A DNA stretch of 64,000 bases from Mustelus asterias (taxonomy: Eukaryota), in the NCBI RefSeq assembly GCF_964213995.1, contig NW_027590170.1, positions 124,001 to 188,000 on the forward strand, in the 5' to 3' direction. A model generated the notes under the pieces. That model made no database searches. It worked only from the letters and a program-made list of their open reading frames with translations, and had not been told where the DNA came from. Numbering within the stretch: the first letter of the stretch is position 1; the number at the start of each line of letters is the position of its first letter. Positions 37,820 to 49,660 of the stretch are shown piece by piece. The position numbers and the translations under genes were made by a program.

Positions 37820-38052
37820 GCTCTCCCCGTGTCTGCGTGGGTTTCCTCGGATGCTCCGGTTTCCTCCCACGGTCCAAAGATGTGCAGGTTAGTTTGATTG
37901 GCCATGCTAAATTGACCCTAGTGTCAGGGGGATTAGCGGAGTAAATGTATGAGGTTACGGGAATAGGGCCTGGGAGGCTTGTGATCGGTACAGACTCGGT
38001 GGGCCGAATGGCATTTTTCTGTACTGTACGAATTCTATGATTCTATGATTCT
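37820..38052 (+). mobile_element. Headless HE1-like V-SINE
   Basis: V-domain and (TTCTATGA)n tail. Confidence 0.8.
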
Positions 38053-38499
38053 ATTATCTAGATATCTATCTATCAGCCTTTACAGGTGACCGTGTGTGTA
38101 TCTGTTTCCAATATGCGGCATTGCTGTCCACGGGAGGGCGCTCTCTGATCACTGATGAAAAATCACGATTCCCTTCTCGAGGAAGCGACTGTTTGAAGAT
38201 GTAAAAATGGGCGGAGAGACGGAGTCACTTTCGACCTCATAACATCCCACTGACTGTTTCAACTTCTCCATTTCCAGGTCTTATGCAGACAGTGATCACT
38301 GCCTCTGTTTCTGGTGTTCAGACTGGAACTATGAGGGTGCTGACTGTCTCTGGTTATTGTCCTGATCGCAGGACGGTCATTTTGAACCTTTGACTGAAAT
38401 CCGCCAATCACCATATTCATTCCCCATTTCCATCTCTCGGCGATTATTCCGTTGTTGTTACTCCTTCTAAACCGCTGCGTGTCTGTTGTCTATTTTCAG

Positions 38500-38797
38500 A
38501 CATGAGTAACGGAGACTCAGTGTCCCAGTCAGAACCAGGAATTTAAGCAGCAGAGGGTAAAGATTCAGCAATTCCCTGCAGTTACTCTGTATCGAGTTCA
38601 GCTACAGTCTATGTCCTGTTCTGGTATCGCCATATCCACACAGATCTCCTCAGAGCCGATAGTTATGGATTTACCGATACGGCTCCCGGCTTTAAACATT
38701 TCAGCGGGAACCTCAGCCAGACACAAAGCACTTTTCACTTGTCCATGAAAGATTTGAAGGTGACAGACAGCGCCGTGTATTACTGTGCACTGAGACC
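38500..38797 (+). pseudogene. TCR alpha/delta V segment pseudogene (V1)
   Basis: Acceptor TTTTCAG|; MSNGDSVSQSEPGI*AAEGKDSAIPCSYS..LFWYRH..FHLSMKDLKVTDSAVYYCALRP. TAA at 38544-38546 and a shortened FR2. Confidence 0.9.
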
Positions 38798-38836
38798 CAC
38801 AGTGAATGAGGCTCCCGCGGGCCTCGTACAAAAACT
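38798..38836 (+). other. 23-bp-spacer recombination signal sequence of V1
   Basis: CACAGTG + 23 nt + ACAAAAACT. Confidence 0.95.
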
Positions 38837-39600
38837 GGCACAGGTCCACAATCAATGGTTCCTTGTCCGCAAAACACCTTGCGTTGAATTTCAGATAAAA
38901 TGTGCAGATCATGAGCCTGCCAATGCAGCCCCATCTGAGTGGCTTTCCCTCCTAACGTCAATGATTGTCACTGTTGGGGAAATGTGACATTTGGCGCTCA
39001 GATTATTCCTGGATAAATCCAATCATTTCCTGATCCCAATCACAAAACCCACAGATGTCCCGGGTGAATAACTTAATAAATCAGTATTTTTAATCTTTCT
39101 GTGTCAGATGTTTATCTGTCAGGGAACACCTGTTAAATGTGATCTAATATCAAAGGCACACTGAGAGTTGTCACATTTTGAAGTTTCTGGACAGAAATAA
39201 TGACTGATTGAATCAGTACTTTCCCAGTATAAGAGTAATCCCAGTGGAAACGCAAGTCAATGTGGACTTGGGTGATTACTTATCCCCGGTATAAATAAAG
39301 CAGTAACTACTATTATGTTTATGCAGTGGATGCACTCATTAATACCCGCAGAGTAAATGAGTGTAAATTATTTATTTCACTTTTAACTTTATTTATAAAG
39401 AAAGATTTATCTATAAAAAGGGGGACATTGAGTTCGATCGAAAGAGGGTGAACCGAGAAAGAGACAGTGTAACTGATAACGTTATTCACCTTTCATGGAA
39501 AGAGAAAGAGAGTGAGAAAAACACACACAGCCCGGGATGGAATGTGTTTGGAGGGAGCCAGCTGTGTTTAGTCCACCACTAACAGTGTTTGGTCCACAGC

Positions 39601-39608
39601 TGACGTCA
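39601..39608. promoter_or_regulatory. CRE in the V2 promoter
   Basis: TGACGTCA ~155 bp upstream of the leader ATG (39763). Confidence 0.55.
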
Positions 39609-39762
39609 TCTCAAGGGGACCAGCAAATTGCAACACTGGGAAAACCCCCCAATTTGCCAATGATTGAAGCTGCCTCTGATCTGAGTTTACTCCGTGATAT
39701 AAGACTAGAAGCAACAACATATTTTAAACAGTGTCGCTGTTTACTGTCCATTCAGGAACCAC

Positions 39763-40239
39763 ATGTTCCCTGCGTGTTCTACTGATGATAATGGACATGC
39801 TGCCCCGTGAGTCTGAGCTCAAATCCTCAGTGTGTGTTCAATGGGTTATATTCACTCACAGATTTCTCACACAGTCTATATGTTGTTACAGGAACCAATG
39901 GCCAAACTTCAGTTTCCCAGGAGCCGCCTGAATGAACGGTTCAGGAAGTACAGACGGTAATTTTGAACTGCAGTTATAAAGCAAAATACGCTGACCAAAC
40001 TCTATTCTGGTACATCCTGTATCCCGGAGAAGCTCCGAGATATTTATTGAAAAGTTACGGCAAGGGGAAGGGGGATAAGTCTCCTGATTTTTCGGACCAG
40101 TTTTCTGCTAATTTGGACAGAGACAAGAAAACAGCTCCATTAAATATCACCGGGGTCCGTGCCTCTGTCTCTGCCGTGTATCTGTAACAGTGTGCGCTGA
40201 ACCGCAGTTACAGAGACGCAGTTAGTCCGTACAAAAACC
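39763..40239 (+). pseudogene. TCR alpha/delta V segment pseudogene (V2) with leader and degenerate RSS
   Basis: Frameshifted leader 39763-39806|GTGAGT. V exon from ~39892: TNGQTSVSQEPPE*TVQEVQTVILNCSY..LFWYILYPGEAPRYLLK..SAVYL*QCALN. RSS CGCAGTT-21-ACAAAAACC (40203-40239). Confidence 0.85.
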
Positions 40240-41605
40240 AGCAAAGGCATTCTCACCTCCTCTCACTGAATCCGATCTCTGAGCTGGATTGTGAACAGTT
40301 AATAGAAACAAAATCATCTCATTAAAACCAATTAAACCGAATGATCAGGTTCTTTGTGCTGAATGTCTGTCAGTGTATGTAAAATCCCTCTTTATAGTAG
40401 TTTCTGTCGTTTACGAGCAACTCTGAATAGGAGACTCTGGTGCTGTTATTACAACATGAAATAAAACTCATCAGAGTCATATCTCAAAAATCATCTCAGT
40501 CAAAAACCATACATTCGCTTTAATGCACTCTATGTGTCAAAGAGAGCAATGATTGTACAGTCGTTTGATTTCTTGAAGGCAGTTGATAGATTTGTGGATA
40601 TTCAGGGAAATAACGGATATGGAAGTAGTCACAGAGTCATAGAGGTTTACAGCATGGAAACAGACCCTTCTGCCCAACTTGTCCATGCTACCCTTTTCTA
40701 ACCACTATGCAAGTCCCAATTGCCCGCGTTTGGCCCATATCCCAACAAAATATTTGTCTGAGCATAAAGACTTATCCCGCGGATTCGATTTCCCAAAGCA
40801 CTTCTGGTGATTACAGCAGACTTTTAAAGAAAGACTTTCGGGCATGTGGGCATCGCGGGCTAGGCCGCTATTTCTTGTTCATCCCTAGTTGTCCTTCAGG
40901 AACTTTCTGACGCTCTTCTCAATTAGGTTTTTGCATTCAGTCGATTTTCTTACCAAATGTTCCAGTCTCTAGAGTACACCAAACCTGTTCTTCGAGATTA
41001 TTAATAGAGATATTAATCATTGTTCATTGGATTCTAAGCATGTATTGAAATAAACTTTTGTACCTTTACTGTTAAGAATTCTGAGTTTTAATATGTGTCA
41101 AGTGTTCATTGTGTTAATATGAGTCACATTCTTCCGAACTCTTTCCAATGAAGTTTCTCTTCGATTCCCAGTTGATATTTTTATTTCATTACTGTAACAT
41201 TGAGAGATGTTTAATCAGGCTGTTGTGATTATGAGGATTTGCCTCAGCAGGCGGGCATCAGTTTACACTATTGACTGACATATCAAACCGAACAGTATTG
41301 GTTTCTTTGCCCCGAGTGTTCTTTGAAACATCAGAACAAGGGTACAACTAGTTCAAGGCTACCTGCAGCATTTTGAATTCTCAATGTTCGTGCCGATTTC
41401 CCGGTGATTCCAAATAAACAACAGCTAATTCTTCCCTTGCACAGTGAATGTAATAATCAGACAGAATCTGTGAACGATTTTAGATGATGTTTGTGTGAAT
41501 TGTGGTCTGGTTTGCGTTCACAGGAATGTATTGACGCGTTAGTGTATAACCCTCTGTTAGAAACAGCACTCGACAGACAGCAGCTGTGACTCAGAAACCT
41601 GCGGC

Positions 41606-41644
41606 AGTTTTTGTACGAGGATTTCACTCGTTCTCATCACTGTG
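41606..41644 (-). other. 23-bp-spacer recombination signal sequence of V3
   Basis: Minus strand CACAGTG + ATGAGAACGAGTGAAATCCTCGT (23 nt) + ACAAAAACT. Confidence 0.95.
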
Positions 41645-42701
41645 AGACTCTGTGCACAGTAATAGACCGCAGTGTCAGACAGCCGCAACTCCGAAATAGT
41701 CACTCGGTACAAATTGTCTGACTGCTGGACTGAATCAGAAAACCGGGTCCGAGCGAAATCCGCCTTTAATTCAAAACCGCCGTTCTTGTCTCTCCGGACT
41801 GCAAACTCGGGCTGTCTGCCTGGGTATTGACGATACCAAAATAAATAATAAGCATCGTCGGTAAAGGTGCAGTTTAAAGTGACATCTTCTCCCTCTGTCC
41901 GTGTGAGTGAGGATTCCCGCTGAGTAACAGAATCTCCATCGCTCAGATCTGAAACACACGGTTAAAGAAAGGAAAAAAACATTGATTAAAAGTTCAATTG
42001 AACTAAGGGAGAAAATTCACTGACAGTGTAACGTAAAAATATGTATTGAATGTATTGAATCATACCACATTCTCTCCAACTGATCTATGTTCCCGTTTAC
42101 AATCCCCTGGAGATTTCTCCCTCTCGCCTCTTCTCAATGCAGTTGTCCCTTTCTTCCTCAGCTGTTTAGTTTAGTTTACCTTTAAATTAGTCTTTGCTCC
42201 TCTCCTCAAGTGTTCATTGTGTTAACATGAGTCACATTCTATCCAACTCTTTCTAAAGCTGTTTCTCTCCGATTCCCAGTTGATCTCTTTGTTTCATTGG
42301 AATTGTGGGACATATATTTGGAATTCTCCCACAAGTGGAATCATCCTCTCCCCGTCCACCACACCAATCCTCGTTATCATTATAAATAGATCAGTCAGGT
42401 TTGCGTTAGTTTCTTTGGTCAGTCGAGAAAGTAATCATAATCTTGCATTCTGATAGCTCTCACCTCCCAATCCGAGTACCATTTCTCGAAATCGCCTTTT
42501 CAGTGTGCTTTTCAAATCTATTTTCAAAAGACTAAAACCACTCGCAGGAATTCATTTGTGTTCTACGGCATGTCCAATACCTGTATAACACGAATGTCCT
42601 GCTTTTCAACTTTATTCCTCCAGAAAATAACTCATTTTTAAAGTGTTAACCTTACCAACAATGAATGTCACCCAGATCAGAGTGAAAACGGGGAGCCGCA
42701 T
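41645..42701 (-). CDS. Intact TCR alpha/delta V gene segment V3 (leader 42701-42656, intron, V exon 41948-41645)
   Basis: MRLPVFTLIWVTFIV|D-LSDGDSVTQRESSLTRTEGEDVTLNCTFTDDAYYLFWYRQYPGRQPEFAVRRDKNGGFELKADFARTRFSDSVQQSDNLYRVTISELRLSDTAVYYCAQS. Phase-1 GT..AG intron, conserved Cys/Trp/YYC, no stops. Confidence 0.92.
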
Positions 42702-42792
42702 TGCTGCTGCTCCTGGATTCCAGGGACTTGTTTCTCCGAAAGCTGCAGAAGGTTGAACAAGATAAAGCTGAGAGCATTGGCTGTGGCTGATC

Positions 42793-42800
42793 TGACGTCA
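42793..42800. promoter_or_regulatory. CRE in the V3 promoter
   Basis: TGACGTCA ~92 bp upstream of the leader ATG. Confidence 0.6.
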
Positions 42801-43259
42801 CACCCTACAGAACCTATGGTCGGAAGAGTGGAGAGCACTGATTAGAGAATAAAGAGCTGATTGGATACCACAATCTACTAATTGGTTTATTCCTGGCAGC
42901 GTCATCAGCTGATATCCAATAAGCTCCTGGGCTCTTTGCTCTGGATTCATCCAATTAGCTGAGAGCTCCTTTCTGCTCTAATTCATGACAGTAAGAACTC
43001 TCACAACACCAGGTTAAAGTCCAACAGGTTTATTTGGTAGCACAAGCTTCCGGAGCGCTGCTCCTAGAATCAGACAAACTGGGAGCACCAGCTCAGTACA
43101 ATAAATTTTCAGCAATCCGTCAACAGTATAAAATTTTAGAAAATGCTCATTAGAATGCATGCCTCTATTTCAGGTTTTATTTCTCTCATTGTTTTTCTGA
43201 ATGAAATAACTGAATATTGTTTCAAAAGATGTAAAGGAGGAATTGTCTTGGGTTTGTAT

Positions 43260-43680
43260 AAATTTGATTTAGCATTTTCACATACACTGGTATGCAGTGG
43301 AAAGTATTGTTTCTTGGATGCTATACAGACAAAGCTTACCATACATAGAGAACATAGGGGAGAAGGACAGGAGAGGGTGCAGGATGCAGTGTTACAAATA
43401 AAACCAGGGTGTAGAGAAATAACAGCTTAATGTATGGTAGATCTATTTAAAAGTCCGATGGTAGCAGGGAAGGAACTGTCCTTGAGTCGGTTGGTACGTG
43501 ACCTCAGACATCCGTTTCTTTTTCCCAACGGAATAAGGTGGAGAAGCGTATGCCCGGCGTGCGTGGGGTCCTTGATTATGCCGGGCGCTTTTCTGAGGCA
43601 GCGGGAAGTGTAGACAGAGTCAATGGATGGGAGGCTGGTTTGCGTGATGGACCAAGTTTCCTTCAGGACTCTTTGTAAAG
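43260..43680 (-). mobile_element. Rex1/Babar 3' fragment
   Basis: SITQTSLPSIDSVYTSRCLRKAPGIIKDPTH..TNRLKDSSFP. Homologous to ~35000-35370. Confidence 0.85.
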
Positions 43681-43984
43681 AGCAGGGATGTGGACTTATT
43701 TGGATAGCCCATGCGAAGTCCTGGCACAGGCACAATAGGTCAACAGACTCCTCCTTGTCTGTACGGTGTACAGATCTCCGTCTGCAACTGAAGTGACTGA
43801 ACTAATAACTGCTGTCGGTGCAGACCAGGCTCAATATCGCGGTGATGATATTAATTTGGATTAACCTTTCCCGCACAACAGTCAAGAGCTCAAGGTTAAC
43901 AAAATGCATAGAAATAAAGAGCAGTAAAATGCTAACATGCTTCAGCCGACCCGAGTAACCATTTTCCTGAGGAATGGATAGCAC

Positions 43985-45840
43985 CATAGAGTGATAGAGT
44001 CATAGAGGTTTACAACATGGAAACAGGCCCTTTGACCCAACTTGTCCATGCTGCCCTTTTTTTCAAACCCTGAAGCTAGTCCCAATTGCCCGCATTTGGC
44101 TCATATCCCTCTATACCCATCAGACCCATGTAACTTTCTAAATGCTTTTCAAAAGACAAAATTGTACCCGCGTCTACTAATACCTCTGGCAGCTTGTTCC
44201 AGAAACTCACCACCCTCTCTGTGAAAGAATTGCCCCTCAGGACACTTTTGTACGTCTCCCTCTCACCTTAAACCTATGCCTCTAGCTTTAGACTCCCCCA
44301 CCATTGGGAAAATATATTGACTATCTAGCTGATCTATGCCCCTCATTATTTTATAGACGAATGGCAGATGGAATTTAGTTTAGATCCCCCCTCAGCCTTC
44401 TACACTCTAGAGAAAAAAAGTCCCAGTCTATCCAGCCTCTCCTTATAACTCAAACCATCAAGTCCCGGTAGCATCCTAGCAAACATTGTCTCCAACCTTT
44501 CTAGTTTAATGATATCCTTTCTATAATAGGGTGACCAGAACTGTACATAGTATTCCAAGTGTGGCCTTACCAATGTCTTGTACAACTTCAAAAAGACATC
44601 CCAACTACTGTATTCAGTGCTCTAACCAAAGAAAACAAGCATTCTGAATGCCGTCTTCACCACTCTATCCACCCGTGACTCTACTTTCAAGGAGCGATGA
44701 ACATGTACCCTTAGATGTCTTTGTTCTGTAACTCTCCCCAACGCCCTACCATTAACTGAGTAAGTCCTGCCCTGGTTCAATCTACCAAAATGCATCACCT
44801 CGCATTTATCTAAACTAAATTCCATCTGCCATTCGTCAGCCCACTGCTCAATTGATCAAGATCCCGTTGCAATCCGAGAAAATCTTCTTCACTGTCCACT
44901 ATGCCACCAATCTTGGTGTCATCTGGAAACTTACTAACCATGCCTCCTATATTCTCATCCAAATCATTAATATAAATGACAAATAACAGCGGACCCAGTC
45001 CTGATCCCGAAGGCAAACCTCTGGTCACAGGCCTCCAGTTTGAAAAACAACCCTCGGCAATTACCCTCTGGCTTGTGTCATCAACCCAATTTTGTATCCA
45101 TTTAGCTACGTCGCCCTGGATCCCATGATATTTAACCTTATGCAACAACCTGCCATGCGGTACCTTGTGAAAAGCCTTGCTAAAGTCCATGTAGACAACA
45201 TCACCTGCACTGCCCTCATCTACCTTCTTGGTTACCCCTTCAAAAAGCTCAATCAAGTTTGTGAGACATGATTTTCCACTCACAAAGCCATGCTGAATGT
45301 CCCTAATCAGTTCCTGCGTCTCTAAATTCCTGCAGATCTTGCCTCTCAAAATACCTTACAACTTACCCACCACAGGTATGAGGCTCACTGGCCTGTAGTT
45401 CCCAGGCTTTTCCCTGCAGCCCTTTTAAAACAAAGGCACAACATTTGCCTCCTTCAAATCTTCAGGCACATCACCTGTGACTGTCGATGATTCAAATATC
45501 TCTGCTGGGGGACTCGCAATTTCCTCCCTCGCCTCCTACAATGTCCTGGGATACATTTCATCAGATCCCGGGGATTTATCCACCTTGATGCGCTTTAAGA
45601 CTTCCAACACCTCCTTCTCAGTAATATGTACACTCCTCAAGACATCACTATTTATTTCCCCAAGGCCCCGAACATCTATGCTTTTCTCAACAATAAATAC
45701 TTATAAGAAATATTCATTTCGGATCTGACCCAGCTGTTGTGGATCCGCACATCGATGACCTAGTTGATCCTTAACAGACCCTACTCTCTTCCTTGTTACT
45801 CTTTTGCCTTTTATGTATTTGTAGAAGCTCTTTGTATTCA
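43985..45840 (-). mobile_element. Degenerate CR1 LINE (RT plus 3' end)
   Basis: QHGFVSGKSCLTNLI..YMDFSKAF..YINDL..KFPDDTK; RPHLEYYVQFWSP. Confidence 0.9.
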
Positions 45841-46703
45841 CCAGTAGTTCACAATGTAGTCAACTTACTGAAGGGAGCAGTGACAGCTGTGAGGATTGTG
45901 AACTCGCAAACTGAGACGTTGTGCTTTTTTCCAAAAGAAAACTTATTCATAAAGTATCTGAAAGAACATTACAAAATACTTCAAAATGGCCATAACAGCA
46001 AGTGCAATAACATTCAAGGTTTCGACAATGAAGCTGTTGCACTCTGTGTATAATTAAAGGAACATTACAGAATTTTTCAGAACGGTTTTTACAGAAAGTG
46101 CAATAACGTTTAGGTTTCGGACACAGATAATTTTGCACTCTGACGCGCTTCAACGCATTCAATGAAACATTACAGAACGTTGCAAAATGGTCATTTCAGA
46201 AAGTGCAGTGATACTGAAGTTTTCTGCAAAGATAATGTTGCACATTGAAGAGCTTCAGTGCAATCAATGGAACATCATACATATTTCAAGATCGTCAATA
46301 CAGGAAGGGCGATGTTATTTAGGTTGTCTACATTGAACAAGTTACACTCTCAGGTGCTTCAGTAGAATTGCGAGACGTGTAATATTCACTGCATTCATTC
46401 AATGTGAGTCCAACAGCACGGGGCGTTTATATAGAGTTCTGCTCCCCTCAGATCACAATGGCCGAAAGGTCGCAGTTTTCCCCATTGCGCCTTTGCAGCA
46501 ACTGCCCCAAGGTTTAGTGCGTCCCTCAATCGGTAGTCCTGTGCCCTGGAATGTGTTGTCTGCAACACTCGATCGAGGACAATTCTTTGCACATGAAGAT
46601 CAACTGGTTTCGGGAAGGCAAATAGTGTATTTTACCGAGTTGAAAATTCTCCAACAGCAATTGGTGCTTGTCTCGGTTTGTCCCTGGGAACAGCCCGTAG
46701 ACA

Positions 46704-46842
46704 TGATGAGGAGATGCCGGCGTTGGACTGGGGTGAACACAGTAAGAAGTCTCACAACACCAGGTTAAAGTCCAACAGGTTTATTTGGCAGCAAATACCA
46801 TAAGCTTTCGGAGCGCTGCTCCTTCGTCAGATGGAGTGGAAA
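46704..46842 (-). mobile_element. Solo Penelope-type terminal repeat inserted in the Tx1 element
   Basis: Same family as 4630-4976. Confidence 0.8.
46798..46834 (-). ncRNA. Minimal type-I hammerhead ribozyme motif, intact core
   Basis: CCAT-CTGACGA-A-GGAGC AGC GCTCC-GAA-AGCT-T^ATGG. Stem I CCAU/AUGG, perfect stem II, palindromic stem III AGCU. Confidence 0.7.
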
Positions 46843-46944
46843 GCACAGAGTCCTTCGTCACGGAGTTGCTTAGGATGAACCTCGACCAATAAAAAAAGCT
46901 TCTCATCACCTCGGGATATAAATGGATAGTTTATCTGCTACGTT

Positions 46945-47394
46945 CGGGTTTTGTGTCTCAGTGACTCACTGACACAGTAACACACCCCAGCGCCTGATAC
47001 CGATGTGCTGTCTCCATTAGGACTGGACAAAGGTCTTGTTGAGTGAATGAAGAGTTTGAAGAGTCTGTGGTGTTTCTGCTAACAGATGAAATGACAAATT
47101 TCAGGCCACGGTTCTGTGCCATGTTGAACAAGCGGATGCTCTCAGGGCATCAGGTGATTGTATTTCATTGGATTTCAATCGATTGACACTTTTGTGTTAA
47201 TATCTGCTGTGATTGAGAGATCGCAGACACTCCACCGATAATTGTCCATGCAAAAGAAAGTTGTTTTTTATGGTCAACACTCTCCTTCAAAAATTGCTCA
47301 CTTAAAATCAAAACGGGAAGCTGCAATTCCTCTAATTGCCGTTTCCTGGTTTCTGCATTCTCTCGATCCAGAATATTAAAGGAGAATGACGTCA
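46945..47394 (-). pseudogene. Highly degenerate TCR V-like remnant (V4)
   Basis: GVSAISQSQQILTQKCQSIEIQ*(Cys position)..NRGLKFVIS..SGAGVCYCVSE. Nonamer-like ACAAAACCC, leader-like QLPVLIL and a CRE at 47387-47394. Confidence 0.5.
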
Positions 47395-48330
47395 ATGGAG
47401 GTTTAATGGAATACGTAATCATATATATTACTTCCATGGTAAATATCTTTCATATCGTCACCGAGGACAAAGTAGAAATGCAACACCGATGTGTGGTTTT
47501 CGATAAGTTGCCTTGGGACAGAATTTTCATATATCCTTTTCAGTAAAAGGCAGAATTATCTCCTTTGCTCAGCCAACTCGGAGCTTCAAAGTCGCAAATG
47601 TTTAGCTCAGTTTCTCTCTCCACAGAGTCTTTCCAGCAATTTTCTGTTTTTATTTCAGATCTCCCCTATCATATGTACACATAGACATCCATTATTTCAT
47701 ATTGGCACCGAGAACATTCCTGTCGGTTTCATGTTGCAATTCCTCCTGTGTTTCATTATATCCAAGGAAATGACTAATAACGGCATTTGGTGTGGAAATT
47801 AATATTTGATATGAATGCGGGAGTGTTTGATATGTCTGTCGATATGTTGGGCGTTGGATATACATGATTTGTACTATGTGCATTGGCTGCAAGTTGTTGA
47901 TTAATCTCACTCCTAACAACAGCAACATGCATCACATTCTGGAGTACTTCCATGGAGTGGAATGTAAAATGAGTACTGGAATTTTTTCAAAGTATCAAAA
48001 TATTACGATGGACCTGAGCACCAGCTGATGGTCCATTATGCGGGATATCTGTTATTGAAACCTGTAAGGGAGAGACAAGGGAGAAATGTAGGTGGAGATA
48101 TGGGAAGAAAACAAGAGGGATTGAATAATTGGAATTGGAGGCGAGACCTGGAGTTAAGCAGAGCAAGAACCGGTGATATAAATGAATGAATGAGGAATAG
48201 ATTTAGAGGAAGATACAATCAGAGAAACAGCTGCAGCAAAATAGACAAATACGAACTAAAAAATGGGGAATATTTGTTCCAAGTGTTATTTTCACTCCCA
48301 GGTATTTGATACATTCTGTGTTTTGTTGCA

Positions 48331-48609
48331 GAAATAGTGATGATTCTGTGTCCAATGATCAATCTGAATTAAGGGTTCTCCAAGCACAGAGCATAATGCT
48401 GGATTGTAAATACTGGACAGCGACTCTCCCTACTCTGTTCCTGTATCCCAGCGAAACTCCGAGATATTTAATGAGGATTTATAGCTCGGAGGATGTGGAA
48501 AAATATTGCCTACTTTGTACAAAGGAACACTGTTCCTCAAATGTCACCAGGACGCTTCTCTCCGATTGTGTTTCTGCTGCAGAGATAGAGCGGATCCCGG
48601 ACAAAAGCA
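48331..48609 (+). pseudogene. Degenerate TCR V segment (V5), related to V2
   Basis: NSDDSVSNDQSELRVLQAQSIMLDCKY..TLF-LYPSETPRYLMR versus V2 LFWYILYPGEAPRYLLK. Deletions remove the Trp and YYC. Nonamer-like ACAAAAGCA at 48601. Confidence 0.7.
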
Positions 48610-49264
48610 CCGCACTGATAGTTCCAGTTAGTGATCAGCAGAGGGCGCGCTCACCCGAAAAACGTGAGAGTAACAGAAATGTATTATAATTCCGAGCGAA
48701 GGCACTCAACAAAGTGAGTTAGTGGTGCGTCAGCTGACATTTTGTCTTTGGTGTTATTTCCTAGTCTGTATCAATTATTGGTCAGCCCTTTCCCATCTCC
48801 CCTTTCCGTTTCTCGGTCCATTTGATCACAGTCGGTACACAGCGTGTGCGTGAATGCTTTTTTGCGAATATTACTGAATTTCCCCACAATGCCACTGTCA
48901 TTTCGAGCGTAATTTTCGAGCTTTGTTGTTTCCTGACACCTTTTACGGACCAGAATCTCTGCCTTACCATAACTAGATCAGGATTTTCTTCTGATGTGAA
49001 TAACACCAAAGGACACCTTGCCCCGATAAGGACATTAATTATATCCCAGTTCAGTGTTCTTCCATTTACTCGCAGTCACCTCACCAGACTGGGAATTGTG
49101 GACAAAACATGTCGCACATTTTCTCTCTGTTCGCAAGCATGGTTTGAATCACAAATTTAAACCCACTACCGTCTTATTTCTTTTTTTCGGGTTTGAACCT
49201 TGGAGAGTCTGTCATTCAGCCACTGTCCTTTGATGTTATCAGTGATCGGTGGATATGTACGTCG

Positions 49265-49660
49265 AGATCTCTCTGCTTATCAATACTCCTACGGGTTCTA
49301 TCTTTCCGATATAATCCCGACATGCATTGGACCTTCCAAAATGCATTATCTCACACTTGTCCAGAATAAACTCCATCTGCCATTTTTCCGCCCCAGTCTC
49401 CAACCGGTTTATCTTTTGCTGTAGCTGTATCCTCTGACAATCCTCTTCACTCTCCGCAACTCCACAAATTTTTGTGTCGTCTGTGAACTTACAATTATAC
49501 CAGCTACATTTTCCTCCAAATCATTTACATATACTACGAACAGCAAAGGTTCCGGAACTGATCCCTGTGGATCATGGCTAGTCACAGCCTTCCAGTCAGA
49601 AAATCACCCCTCTACCGCTACCCTCTGTCTTCTATGGCTAAACCTGTTCTGTATCCATGT
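49265..49660 (-). mobile_element. CR1 RT fragment
   Basis: Nucleotide similarity to 9684-10145. Confidence 0.75.

Larger units (their letters stand above)
45925..46910 (-). mobile_element. Tx1/L1-type LINE 3' end
   Basis: DSVLYGLFPG and QDYRLRDALNLGAVAAKAQWGK (typical of the Tx1 ORF2 C-terminus), a repetitive 3' UTR and an A-rich end. Confidence 0.7.

Noticed and set aside
38798-41644. Facing RSSs of V1 and V3 as a RAG-transposon-like or V-V recombining unit
   Set aside because: Both have 23-bp spacers, which violates the 12/23 rule. There is no TSD or transposase.
41645-41948. V3 as a VNAR, NAR-TCR or IgH-like V
   Set aside because: It retains a normal CDR2/FR2 length, has TCR-type DSVTQ and WYRQYPG motifs and its own leader, and has no non-canonical cysteine.
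42793-42806. 14-bp match TGACGTCACACCCT between the V3 promoter and the 28-bp minisatellite unit
   Set aside because: The match is mostly the CRE itself with no flanking homology, so it is probably chance.
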